Assembly (NCBI GenBank): GCA_040772365.1
Contig: JAXGYI010000007.1
Location: 5,752-69,751 of the forward strand
Reading direction: 5' to 3'
Source: Candidatus Moraniibacteriota bacterium
GTDB lineage: Bacteria > Patescibacteriota > Minisyncoccia > Moranbacterales > GCA-2747515
Length of the DNA stretch: 64,000 bases
Position 1 is the first letter of the stretch; each line of letters starts with the position of its first letter. The translations under genes and the position numbers were made by a program. A model generated the notes under the pieces. That model ran no database searches and was not told the DNA's origin. It saw only the letters and a list, made by a program, of their open reading frames with translations. Shown in pieces: positions 10,521 to 18,578 of the stretch.

Positions 10521-11187
10521 TGCTGTGATGATTACTGTGGCGCATGCGCCATGCCTCTATTTTAGCATGATCGCCAGATACAAGCACATCTGGTACGCGC
10601 CATCCATTATACACTTCCGGTTTAGTATAGTGTGGGTATTCCATATAGCCTGCAGTAGCATGCGACTCCTCTACAGCGCTTGCCGCATTGCCAAGTACAC
10701 CTGGCAACAATCGCACTACACTATCGGCAATCGCCAAAGCCCCCAACTCCCCACCAGTAAGCACATAGGGTCCCACGGCAATCTCCTCATTGGCAATATA
10801 CTGTGCCACACGCTCATCTACACCCTCATAGCGTCCACAAATCAAAATGAGATGCATGTACGTAGCGGCAAGACGTTGCGCATCTTGCTGTGTGTACTGC
10901 CGTCCTTTGGCGCTCAAGAGGATGATATGCCGTTTGTCCGGTGGCACCGCTGCCTCTTGTGTCGTGAGATGCGTCACTGCATCATGAATCGGCGCTACTT
11001 GCATCACCATGCCCGCACCACCACCGTACGGTGTGTCATCCACACGGCGCCACTTATCCGCACTGAAATCACGTAGATCCGTCACACCAAAAGTCACCGC
11101 ATCCGCCTGCTGTGCGCGCTTCATCATCGCCGCATCTGTATACGGACGCACTATATCGGGAAAAATTGTCACAATATCAATCTTCAT
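10465..11187 (-). CDS. trmD: tRNA (guanine37-N1)-methyltransferase
   Basis: MKIDIVTIFPD N-terminus and the GRYEGVDERV motif are present. The ORF track start at 11247 would overlap an upstream terminator, so the ATG at 11185-11187 is preferred. Confidence 0.8.
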   Translation of the reverse strand: MKIDIVTIFPDIVRPYTDAAMMKRAQQADAVTFGVTDLRDFSADKWRRVDDTPYGGGAGMVMQVAPIHDAVTHLTTQEAAVPPDKRHIILLSAKGRQYTQQDAQRLAATYMHLILICGRYEGVDERVAQYIANEEIAVGPYVLTGGELGALAIADSVVRLLPGVLGNAASAVEESHATAGYMEYPHYTKPEVYNGWRVPDVLVSGDHAKIEAWRMRHSNHHSNDQAQTFGDEPRTQKKQK

Positions 11188-11217
11188 ATGCACCATATGG
11201 AGTATATCGCACAGAGC

Positions 11218-11262
11218 GAAAAAGTAAATAAAAAGAGGCCTGCACATTAGTGTAAGCCTCTT
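11218..11262 (-). terminator. Rho-independent terminator (minus strand) after the 131-aa hypothetical gene
   Basis: Stem AAGAGGC/GCCTCTT with a 16-nt loop. On the minus strand it is followed by TTTTATTTACTTTTT. Confidence 0.5.
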
Positions 11263-11271
11263 CTCCTCTGA

Positions 11272-11667
11272 CTACAATCCCGCAACATAGTACTTTCCCC
11301 GCTTCTTCCGCGGAGGGGTACCTTTGTTGTTGTGCGGGCGATGTATGCACCCATCATGATGAACAATGGCATGCAGAACCTGCGCCTCACCGTCAATCAT
11401 GCACATTTCTCGCATACCACTATCGTTGATCCCACCCCCTTGTAATTGCATCATCAGCACTTTCTTGCGCGCCTGCACGGCGGCAAGACGTTTTTCCGCC
11501 TGCTCGCACGTCATGTGTGTGCCAGATCCAACGTCCGTATACACACATGTGCCGGCAATGCACTCAACAACAATGCGTGCATCATCGCTATCAAAGATGA
11601 CTTCGGCAATGGCGATATGCGGGAAAATCATCACAAAAAAAACGAGAGGATACATAAAATATGCCAT
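11272..11667 (-). CDS. Hypothetical secreted or membrane-anchored Cys-containing small protein
   Basis: N-terminal hydrophobic segment (MAYFMYPLVFFVMIFPHIAIA) followed by a soluble part with several Cys residues. No recognisable family. A terminator follows downstream. Confidence 0.45.
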   Translation of the reverse strand: MAYFMYPLVFFVMIFPHIAIAEVIFDSDDARIVVECIAGTCVYTDVGSGTHMTCEQAEKRLAAVQARKKVLMMQLQGGGINDSGMREMCMIDGEAQVLHAIVHHDGCIHRPHNNKGTPPRKKRGKYYVAGL

Positions 11668-11676
11668 ATTGACCCC

Positions 11677-12198
11677 CTACTCCATATATTCTGTAATGGT
11701 AAATTTTTCAGGAACAGTATCTTCCAGCCACCCAGACATCTCATCAGTGACAGAGAAAAGCCACTTCAGGACATTCGCATCCAATAGTATGGGGGCAATA
11801 CTGTATGTCCCCGTTGCAATATGACGCACGATGGAAGCATGATCACCGCGTACACCACTCTCCCGCAACAATTGCAGAAGTCGAGATTCCAACATATCGA
11901 CATGTGGAACCACATAATCAATATCCGGATATCGTGCACCCTCATGAAACAAAATTGACAGAAAAAGATCAACATCATCTTTTTCAAAATTAGTACATGC
12001 ACCCGTGTAGGCTTCGTGGAACGGTGAGAACTTAACGAAGCATTGGGAGAAAACATCGTTTGATCGACGAAAATGAATCTCCCATCCATCGCAGAACACT
12101 GCTTTTTGCGCAACAGCTGCTGCAAAAACCTTCCGCCCTGCGTCGGCGGCGTTGAACTTATCCACTGCAATCGGAATAATCACATCCCAGTCTTTCAT
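11677..12198 (-). CDS. Hypothetical protein (173 aa)
   Basis: ORF with no recognisable motifs. It is tightly packed, with a 9-nt gap to the downstream gene. Confidence 0.4.
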   Translation of the reverse strand: MKDWDVIIPIAVDKFNAADAGRKVFAAAVAQKAVFCDGWEIHFRRSNDVFSQCFVKFSPFHEAYTGACTNFEKDDVDLFLSILFHEGARYPDIDYVVPHVDMLESRLLQLLRESGVRGDHASIVRHIATGTYSIAPILLDANVLKWLFSVTDEMSGWLEDTVPEKFTITEYME

Positions 12199-12365
12199 TT
12201 CACTCCTCCATTGTTTTGTATTATGAAGTTGACAAAAAACAAACTATGGAAAGTATTATAGCACAATTTCACATCTTTGTCCATCATACGCGGTAATTTT
12301 AAAAAGCGTCATTTCGAACCCCTTGTTGATTTAGGTCGAGATACCTGGAGCTAATAGAACGAGTA

Positions 12366-12404
12366 TGTAAAAAAAATAAAACAGGACGTGATTCCGTCCT
12401 GTTT
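12366..12404 (-). terminator. Rho-independent terminator (minus strand) after the zinc-ribbon ORF
   Basis: Perfect stem AAACAGGACG/CGTCCTGTTT with loop TGATTC. On the minus strand it is followed by TTTTATTTTTTTT. Confidence 0.65.
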
Positions 12405-12416
12405 GTCCTCCATTTT

Positions 12417-12635
12417 TCAAAAAAACGCATGATGCATCTGACAGTCCGGACACATGCTGTACAGTTTATCCACAAGCTTTCGCACCGCCCTGTAAATTGG
12501 CGACGTCTCTGGAATGTGCGCCATTGTCTCTGCATCACACACCCCTTCAATGGTGATGGCAATGTCGAGCATTTCATCATGACACTCCACACAATAGCGT
12601 ACATTCGAATAATTAATTTCCTTGATGTAGTACAC
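12417..12635 (-). CDS. Small zinc-ribbon protein (C4: CxxC...CxxC)
   Basis: 72 aa with CVEC...CPDC. It is followed by a strong terminator. An AAGGGA SD-like element lies about 10 nt upstream of the GTG start. A 5-codon mini-ORF with a GGGGGA SD lies just upstream. Confidence 0.4.
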   Translation of the reverse strand: MYYIKEINYSNVRYCVECHDEMLDIAITIEGVCDAETMAHIPETSPIYRAVRKLVDKLYSMCPDCQMHHAFF

Positions 12636-12783
12636 CGAGAAAATTTTTCCCTTATGCTCAATATTTTCTTAACCGTAACTCACCATATCTTCCCCCTTAT
12701 ATGGCTTTGGCATTTGTTAAAAAACTACACTTTTACAATGTTAACACTTAATCTTATTACACAAAAACACTTGTGTCAATACC

Positions 12784-12810
12784 AAAAACCGCCCGATTTG
12801 GGCGGTTTTT
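12784..12810 (-). terminator. Rho-independent terminator (minus strand) after rplL
   Basis: AAAACCGCCC-GATTT-GGGCGGTTTT. The symmetric A/T flanks make it potentially bidirectional. Confidence 0.7.
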
Positions 12811-12836
12811 GCGTGCATGCGTTGTTGTTCGCAAAC

Positions 12837-13268
12837 TTATTTGAGGTTGATCGTTGCGCCAGCTTCTTCTAATTTGCCTTTAATAGTCTCCGCCTCTTCC
12901 TTGGCAACACCTTCTTTGATCACCTTTGGAGCAGCATCTACCAGATCCTTAGCATCCTTGAGTCCAAGACCCGTAATCTCACGTACTGCCTTAATCACGT
13001 TGATTTTTGATGCGCCTGCATCCGCAAGCTCTACATCAAAGGAAGACTGTTCTTCTGCTGCAGCTTCACCTGCACCTGCAACTGGCATTGCCATTGCAAC
13101 CGGTGCTGCAGCACTCACACCAAATTTGTCCTCTAAAACCGTAATGAGCTCTGAGAGATCTAGGACGCTCATCCCTTCAATCTCCTTGACAATTTTTTCA
13201 AACTTCTTGGGAACTGCTACCTCTTTTTTCTCTGCGGTGGCGTCCGCCTTCTTTGCTTCGTCTGTCAT
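12837..13268 (-). CDS. rplL: 50S ribosomal protein L7/L12
   Basis: N-terminal dimerisation helix, Ala/Glu-rich hinge and a C-terminal domain ending [26 protein letters not shown]. Confidence 0.9.
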   Translation of the reverse strand: MTDEAKKADATAEKKEVAVPKKFEKIVKEIEGMSVLDLSELITVLEDKFGVSAAAPVAMAMPVAGAGEAAAEEQSSFDVELADAGASKINVIKAVREITGLGLKDAKDLVDAAPKVIKEGVAKEEAETIKGKLEEAGATINLK

Positions 13269-13324
13269 AGTGGTTGTGTTAAAAAAATGAATAAATATAA
13301 TGTGTGACTGTACGCTGAGAACAT

Positions 13325-13843
13325 CTACGCCTCCTTGCTGTCACGCACTGCCGTAAGTGCCTGCACAAACGTGCGTGGCACACCAGCCAATGTGTTGACG
13401 AATCCGCTGATCGGAGCTTGCAATTGACCTAAGAGCTGTGCACGTAATTCATCACGCGACGGCAATTTTGCCAATGCATGCACCTCATCAACCGACATAA
13501 TCTGATCGCCTAAAACGCCACCAAGGATTTTGATGTGCTCATTTGCCTTTGTCGCATCAAAGATGATCTTCGCCGCTGTCACCTCATCGGGTGACACACT
13601 GACAGCGATCTGCCCATCTAGCGCCTTGGTATTCATAGTGATGTTATTGTTCTTGAGCGCAATCGCCAAGAGCGTCTTTTTGATCACCTGAAACGTAGAT
13701 CCGGATTCACGCAGCTGCTTTTTGAGTGCAACCATATCATTGGCACTCACGCCTTTGAAGTCGGCGATGACACATGCCGGCGATTCCTGCATTTGCGCAC
13801 TCAGTGTATGGACAATCTCTTCTTTCTGTTTCCGTGTGAGCAT
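13325..13843 (-). CDS. rplJ: 50S ribosomal protein L10
   Basis: [46 protein letters not shown], which is typical of L10. rplL follows directly. Confidence 0.9.
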   Translation of the reverse strand: MLTRKQKEEIVHTLSAQMQESPACVIADFKGVSANDMVALKKQLRESGSTFQVIKKTLLAIALKNNNITMNTKALDGQIAVSVSPDEVTAAKIIFDATKANEHIKILGGVLGDQIMSVDEVHALAKLPSRDELRAQLLGQLQAPISGFVNTLAGVPRTFVQALTAVRDSKEA

Positions 13844-14204
13844 AGTGCTTATCGTTGATTAGTAGATTTGTTGTAGTATCACCTGCACATACAAAAAGTC
13901 TGCGCACGTCATTGGCGCAGAACATAGCAAGAGAAAGCACAGTCGACCTGTGAATTTTCAGTGCTCCTCGCACGGACCTCTGCGCCCCATTGGGGCACTG
14001 CCGTGTGTCTGCGGATATGCGTTAGTATGTGTGGTTAAAACCACGTGCCTATAGTGTAGCGGAAACCGAGACAGTTGTCAATTGCTCTGGCATCGTCTAG
14101 GGAGCTGGAGGCCTTTTACTGGCGTAGACGCCTCCTCTGTAAAAAACACAACTTGAGTGCTATCCCCAAGCTGTGTTTCTCTATGTAGTATTTTTCTGGC
14201 AACA
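13844..14204 (-). promoter_or_regulatory. Candidate L10 (rplJ) leader or autoregulatory region between rpsP and rplJ
   Basis: 361 nt with no plausible ORF, upstream of rplJ. It contains GC-rich hairpins, for example GGAGGC...GCCTCC at about 14107-14135. L10-L12 operons are usually controlled by a structured leader. I could not assign the structure by eye. Confidence 0.3.
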
Positions 14205-14618
14205 CTACTTCTTTTCTTTCGTCGTAGCATCCACTTTCGCATCATCTTTTGCATCTACCGTAGTTTCTGCCTTTGCATTATCTGTGCCATCCGCCGTTGA
14301 CGCAGCGTCTGCTGCTTTCTCCTGCGTATTGTCCGCTGGGGCCTCTTCTTTCTTTGGTGGCACCTTAACAGCGCGCTTTGCGCCATCAATTAGCCCATTT
14401 TTCACTAAAAGGTTATGCACTGTATCTGATGGTTGCGCACCATCGGCGAGGAACTTCTTGATCAAATCCTCCTTGAGCACTGTATGCTTACTGTGTGGAT
14501 CATAACTCCCCACCACGGCAATGTGCTTTCCCGTCGGCGCTTTGGTTTTTTCCTGCACAACAACGTGGTACTGTGCGTGATTATGTCGTCCCACGCGACT
14601 CAATCGTATAACAAGCAT
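14205..14618 (-). CDS. rpsP: 30S ribosomal protein S16 with a C-terminal Lys/Ala/Asp-rich extension
   Basis: The conserved N-terminus begins at MLVIRLSRVGRHNHAQYHVVV (ATG 14616-14618). The TTG-start extension given in the ORF track runs through the gene's own -10/-35 elements and the upstream terminator, so I reject it. Confidence 0.85.
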   Translation of the reverse strand: MLVIRLSRVGRHNHAQYHVVVQEKTKAPTGKHIAVVGSYDPHSKHTVLKEDLIKKFLADGAQPSDTVHNLLVKNGLIDGAKRAVKVPPKKEEAPADNTQEKAADAASTADGTDNAKAETTVDAKDDAKVDATTKEKK

Positions 14619-14699
14619 AATATTCAAAAATATTTTATGACAACTAACAGCACGCCGGGCATGTACTCCCGCACGTGACTTCGTAGCATGTATGGCATC

Positions 14700-14729
14700 A
14701 TTGTACTCGCACTGCGACATTTTGTCAAA
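14700..14729 (-). promoter_or_regulatory. Sigma70-like promoter for rpsP (minus strand): TTGACA-N17-TACAAT
   Basis: The minus strand reads TTGACAaaatgtcgcagtgcgagTACAAT. -35 at 14723-14728 and -10 at 14700-14705. Confidence 0.5.
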
Positions 14730-14766
14730 CAAAAAAAATCGCCCATGCGAACATGAGACGATTTTC
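14730..14766 (-). terminator. Rho-independent terminator (minus strand) after the UDP-sugar dehydrogenase gene
   Basis: Stem AAAATCG/CGATTTT with a 17-nt loop. On the minus strand it is followed by TTTTTTTTGTTTGAC. Confidence 0.5.
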
Positions 14767-14908
14767 GGTCAAGAGAATTAATCATGGAAACGATCTCTCG
14801 GTATCTGCCAATATTATTTTTTTAACGCCCTAAACACCACCCGTGCACATATCCCTATTAAAGAATGGGAGGTTTTATTGCTGTACTCGAATCTATTCCA
14901 TGATCATC

Positions 14909-16183
14909 CTATAAACGCCCATGAGAATCTGTTTTCTTGTATATAGATTTAAGATCATAGATCACACTGTTTTTTTTGCCAAATGCTTTGATCGCCTTGA
15001 TACCAAGGCTGGCAAATTGCTTGTGCATTACGGCAATGACAATTGCATCATAGGTATCCTCCTTTGGCTTCTTGATCAGTGAAAAACCGTAGTATTTTTT
15101 GACATCATGTGGATCAGCTACAGGGTCATATACATCTACCTTTGCACCGTATTGTTCTAGCGATTCCTTGATATCCAGCGGGCGCGCATTACGAATGTCA
15201 GGACAATTTTCTTTGAATGTCGCGCCCAATAGCAACACACGCGACGTCGCAATGTTAATTTTCTTTTTTGCCATCAATTTTACAATTTGCCCAGCAATAT
15301 AAAAACCCATACTGTCATTCATGGTACGCGTCGCCTTGACGATACCCATATTGTGACCCACCGACTGTGCTTTATGCACCAAGTAATAAGGATCGATGCC
15401 GATACAGTGCCCACCGACGAGACCGGGAACGAAAGAGAGTGCATTCCACTTGGTCTTCATCGCCTGCAATACTTCTTTTGTATCAATATCCAATTTATTC
15501 ATTAAGATCGCCACCTCATTCATAAATCCAATATTAACGTCGCGCTGCGCATTCTCAATAACCTTACATGCCTCCGCAACCTCCAAGCTACTAACAGGAA
15601 ACGTGCCTGCTGTAATAATTTCCTTGTACACTGCATCAACGAGCTTTGCCGCTTCTTTTGTCGATCCGGACGTTACCTTCACAATATCAGAAACTTTGCT
15701 TTTATCTGCTGGTGAAATACGCTCAGGACTATATCCAACAAAAAAATCTTTATTAAAGACGAGACCGGACGTGCGCTCCAAAACCGGTACGCATACTTCA
15801 CGTGTCGCACCGGGATATACCGTAGATTCATACACCACAACATCACCCTTTGTGAGATGTCTTGCCACGGTCTCACTAGCGCTCACCAACGAATCAAAGT
15901 CCGGAACATTAAACTCATTCACGGGTGTCGGTAATGCAAGAATATAAAAATTCGCACACGCTAAATCTTTTTCGTCAGCAGTAAAAACCGCCTGCTGTGC
16001 GCTACGTAGTTCTTCCGGTGATATCTCTTTGGTGCGATCATGTCCACGTTGTAATTCTGCTACGCGCTCTGCATTGATGTCATATCCAATCACGGATCGT
16101 TTTTTACCAAATGCAATCGCCAGAGGTAGCCCTACATAGCCGAGCCCAATAACAGCGATCTTTACATCCTGAATTTTATGCAT
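14909..16183 (-). CDS. UDP-N-acetyl-sugar / nucleotide-sugar 6-dehydrogenase (UDP-glucose/GDP-mannose dehydrogenase family)
   Basis: The N-terminal Rossmann motif VKIAVIGLGYVGLPLAIAFG is followed by the characteristic dehydrogenase body. I place the start at the internal MHKIQ (ATG 16181-16183). Confidence 0.75.
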   Translation of the reverse strand: MHKIQDVKIAVIGLGYVGLPLAIAFGKKRSVIGYDINAERVAELQRGHDRTKEISPEELRSAQQAVFTADEKDLACANFYILALPTPVNEFNVPDFDSLVSASETVARHLTKGDVVVYESTVYPGATREVCVPVLERTSGLVFNKDFFVGYSPERISPADKSKVSDIVKVTSGSTKEAAKLVDAVYKEIITAGTFPVSSLEVAEACKVIENAQRDVNIGFMNEVAILMNKLDIDTKEVLQAMKTKWNALSFVPGLVGGHCIGIDPYYLVHKAQSVGHNMGIVKATRTMNDSMGFYIAGQIVKLMAKKKINIATSRVLLLGATFKENCPDIRNARPLDIKESLEQYGAKVDVYDPVADPHDVKKYYGFSLIKKPKEDTYDAIVIAVMHKQFASLGIKAIKAFGKKNSVIYDLKSIYKKTDSHGRL

Positions 16184-16408
16184 AAAAAACACATTACTAA
16201 AAACCATCATCTTCGCTTTTACGAAAGCACTGTTATACTACTCCACAATAATGATTACTGCAAATTCTCCAAACCACACGTAAACTTCAAAAAAAGCACA
16301 CTGTACATGCACCACAATCTCATTGCCGCACAGTGGAAATCATGATACACTTCCCACTAGCAAGCGCATATCTTTCGCGCTGTAATTCGTATCTACTTAT
16401 CACACTGT

Positions 16409-17365
16409 ATGAAGCGATTGATTGTGAATCTCCCCGCGTTTAACGAAGAAAGGAATATTGGTAAAACCATTGCACGTATCCCTCGCACGATTGCTGGTGT
16501 GGATGAAGTGATCATCCAAGTGCAAGATGATGGTTCCACCGATCGCACGATTGCCGTGGCAAAGGAAGCCGGTGCGGACGCCGTCTACACCAACGGCATT
16601 AATCGTGGCATTGGCATCACTTTCAAAAATGCGGCAGAGCATGCACTGGATAACGGTGCGGATATTTTTGTCAATATGGACGCCGACGGACAGTTTGATC
16701 CCAATGACATCGGAACTCTCATTAAGCCGATTCTGGACAACCAGGCAGACATTGTCAGTGCAAGCCGTTTCGGTGACAAGACAGCAAAAGATATGCCAAA
16801 AGTCAAATACTATTTAAATCTCATTGCCGCGCGCATCATCGGGTGGTTTTTAAGCCACCCCATTGATGATCTCACCTGTGGGTATCGCGCCTACAGCCGC
16901 GCAGCACTACTGCGCCTCAACATCACGCCGGGTTTTACCTATACACAAGAAACCATCATTGACGCTATTGGCAAAAACTTGCGCTTGCAGTGGATTCCCA
17001 TCACGGTGACGTATTTCGCCAGCCGTAAATCCCGCGTTGTGAAAAGTGTCACGAACTATGTTGGCAACAGTGGTAAAATTATCCTAGAGACAGTACGTGA
17101 TATTCGCCCGATGAAATTTTTTGGATTTCCAGCATTCGTCTTGCTGTTTGCTGCACTAATTGGGTTTATCTATTTTCTCATACAGTATATCGGCGACGGT
17201 TTCAAAATCACGCCGCACCTCAACGTCCTCCTCATCACCATTGCCCTCCTCATTGTTGGCATCCAGTTCCTCGTTTTTGCGTTCCTTGCTGATATGATTA
17301 AGTCGCTACGCAAACTTGTGGAGGATCAAGGACATGCCATGCGCAAGTGGCATTACAGGAAATAA
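16409..17365 (+). CDS. GT2 polyprenyl-phosphate glycosyltransferase (GtrB/ArnC/DPM1-like) with two C-terminal TM helices
   Basis: GT-A DxD region (VQDDGSTDRT...NMDADGQ) followed by a C-terminal pair of TM helices (FGFPAFVLLFAALIGFIYFLI ... LLITIALLIVGIQFLVFAFLA). This matches the enzymes that make lipid-linked monosaccharide donors. Confidence 0.7.
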   Translation: MKRLIVNLPAFNEERNIGKTIARIPRTIAGVDEVIIQVQDDGSTDRTIAVAKEAGADAVYTNGINRGIGITFKNAAEHALDNGADIFVNMDADGQFDPNDIGTLIKPILDNQADIVSASRFGDKTAKDMPKVKYYLNLIAARIIGWFLSHPIDDLTCGYRAYSRAALLRLNITPGFTYTQETIIDAIGKNLRLQWIPITVTYFASRKSRVVKSVTNYVGNSGKIILETVRDIRPMKFFGFPAFVLLFAALIGFIYFLIQYIGDGFKITPHLNVLLITIALLIVGIQFLVFAFLADMIKSLRKLVEDQGHAMRKWHYRK

Positions 17366-17389
17366 TCAGGAAGGAATGTATCTGTATAG

Positions 17390-18562
17390 GTGAGTGTCGT
17401 AATAAGCTCTCTAATATTATCTATGAAAGGACCCCTGCGCATTCTCTTTATCTCCCGCGCCTATCCGCCAGTTTTTGGAGGTATTGAAAACCAAAACTAC
17501 GGTATTGCAAAGGCGCTCGGGGCCATCACCCCCACCACCGTCATTGCCAATACCAAAGGCAAAAAACTCCTTCCATTTTTTTTGCCATATGCGTTTGTGA
17601 AAATGCTCGTGCTACTACCGCGACACGACGCCGTACTTTTTGGTGACGGCGTACTTACCCCGTTGGGACACGTCGCACGATGGTTTTTCCCGCATAAGAC
17701 CTTTACCTGCATTATCCACGGCTTAGACGTGACCTATGCTACAAAAAAATCCGTGATGGGAAAAATCTACCGCGCGTTTAACCTTCCCGCACTGCGCAAC
17801 ATGCACCTCCTGATTGCCGTCGGCCGTCAAACGATTGAAGAAGCTGTAAAACACGACATTGATCGCAATCGTTGCGTATTTATCCCTAATGGTATTGATC
17901 CGGAAGAGTACTACCACCCAATATCCACACGTGCCAATCTAGATGCGTTGCTCGGGATGGATACCTCCGACAAAAAAGTGATCCTGCGCATGGGACGCTT
18001 TGTGCCACATAAAGGTCTGGTGTGGTTTATTGAAAACGTCATGCCACTTTTGCCAGAAGAGATCATCCTCGTCGCCATGGGTGGCGCGCCAGCAAAAACT
18101 ACTGCCGGCGATAACAGCATCCTTGCCGTCGCACGGCGTGCCGCACAAAAACACGGCATCGCCAATCGCGTCATCCTCCTCCCCAACCGTCCTGACAGTG
18201 AAAAAATCACCCTATTCAACACTGTTGATCTCGTCGTCTCACCCAACATCCACGTACCGGGATCCATTGAGGGCTTCGGCATCAATGCCATTGAAGTCGC
18301 TGCGTGTGAACGCGTCGTTCTCGCTTCCGACTTTCAAGGTCTACCAGACGCCGTGCACGACGGTGAAAATGGATTTCTTTTGCCACGTGAAGACGCCGTG
18401 GCGTGGCGCGACAAAATCCTGGAAACGCTCGCTGATGACTTTGATCGCATCGCCTTTGGCAAAAAGGCGCGCGCCTATACTATTACACACTTCGGCTGGC
18501 CAGGTATTGCACAGCGGTACTATAATGCCATTACCGTTTCACATACCAAACATCGTAATTAA
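17390..18562 (+). CDS. GT4 family glycosyltransferase
   Basis: GT-B retaining family with the EX7E motif region (SIEGFGINAIEVAACERVVLASDFQGLPDAV). Confidence 0.7.
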   Translation: MSVVISSLILSMKGPLRILFISRAYPPVFGGIENQNYGIAKALGAITPTTVIANTKGKKLLPFFLPYAFVKMLVLLPRHDAVLFGDGVLTPLGHVARWFFPHKTFTCIIHGLDVTYATKKSVMGKIYRAFNLPALRNMHLLIAVGRQTIEEAVKHDIDRNRCVFIPNGIDPEEYYHPISTRANLDALLGMDTSDKKVILRMGRFVPHKGLVWFIENVMPLLPEEIILVAMGGAPAKTTAGDNSILAVARRAAQKHGIANRVILLPNRPDSEKITLFNTVDLVVSPNIHVPGSIEGFGINAIEVAACERVVLASDFQGLPDAVHDGENGFLLPREDAVAWRDKILETLADDFDRIAFGKKARAYTITHFGWPGIAQRYYNAITVSHTKHRN

Positions 18563-18578
18563 TCTACAAGCATTTCTC

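Noticed and set aside
10471-11076. 201-aa plus-strand ORF
   Set aside because: Antisense shadow of trmD.
12299-12661. 120-aa ORF overlapping the zinc-ribbon ORF
   Set aside because: Arg/Cys-rich, runs through the terminator hairpin at 12366-12404, and competes with the 72-aa C4 zinc-ribbon frame, which is followed correctly by the terminator.
14107-14135. Hairpin GGAGGC...GCCTCC as a terminator for rpsP
   Set aside because: No U-run follows it in the transcription direction. More likely it is part of the structured rplJ leader.
14619-14732. 38-codon N-terminal extension of rpsP from a TTG start
   Set aside because: The extension would be translated from sequence containing the gene's own -35/-10 elements and the upstream terminator. 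The conserved S16 N-terminus starts at the ATG at 14616-14618.
18000-18578. N-terminal 190 codons of the 863-aa track ORF
   Set aside because: They overlap the GT4 gene 17390..18562 in another frame. The membrane protein has a clean ATG at 18579, right after the GT4 stop.
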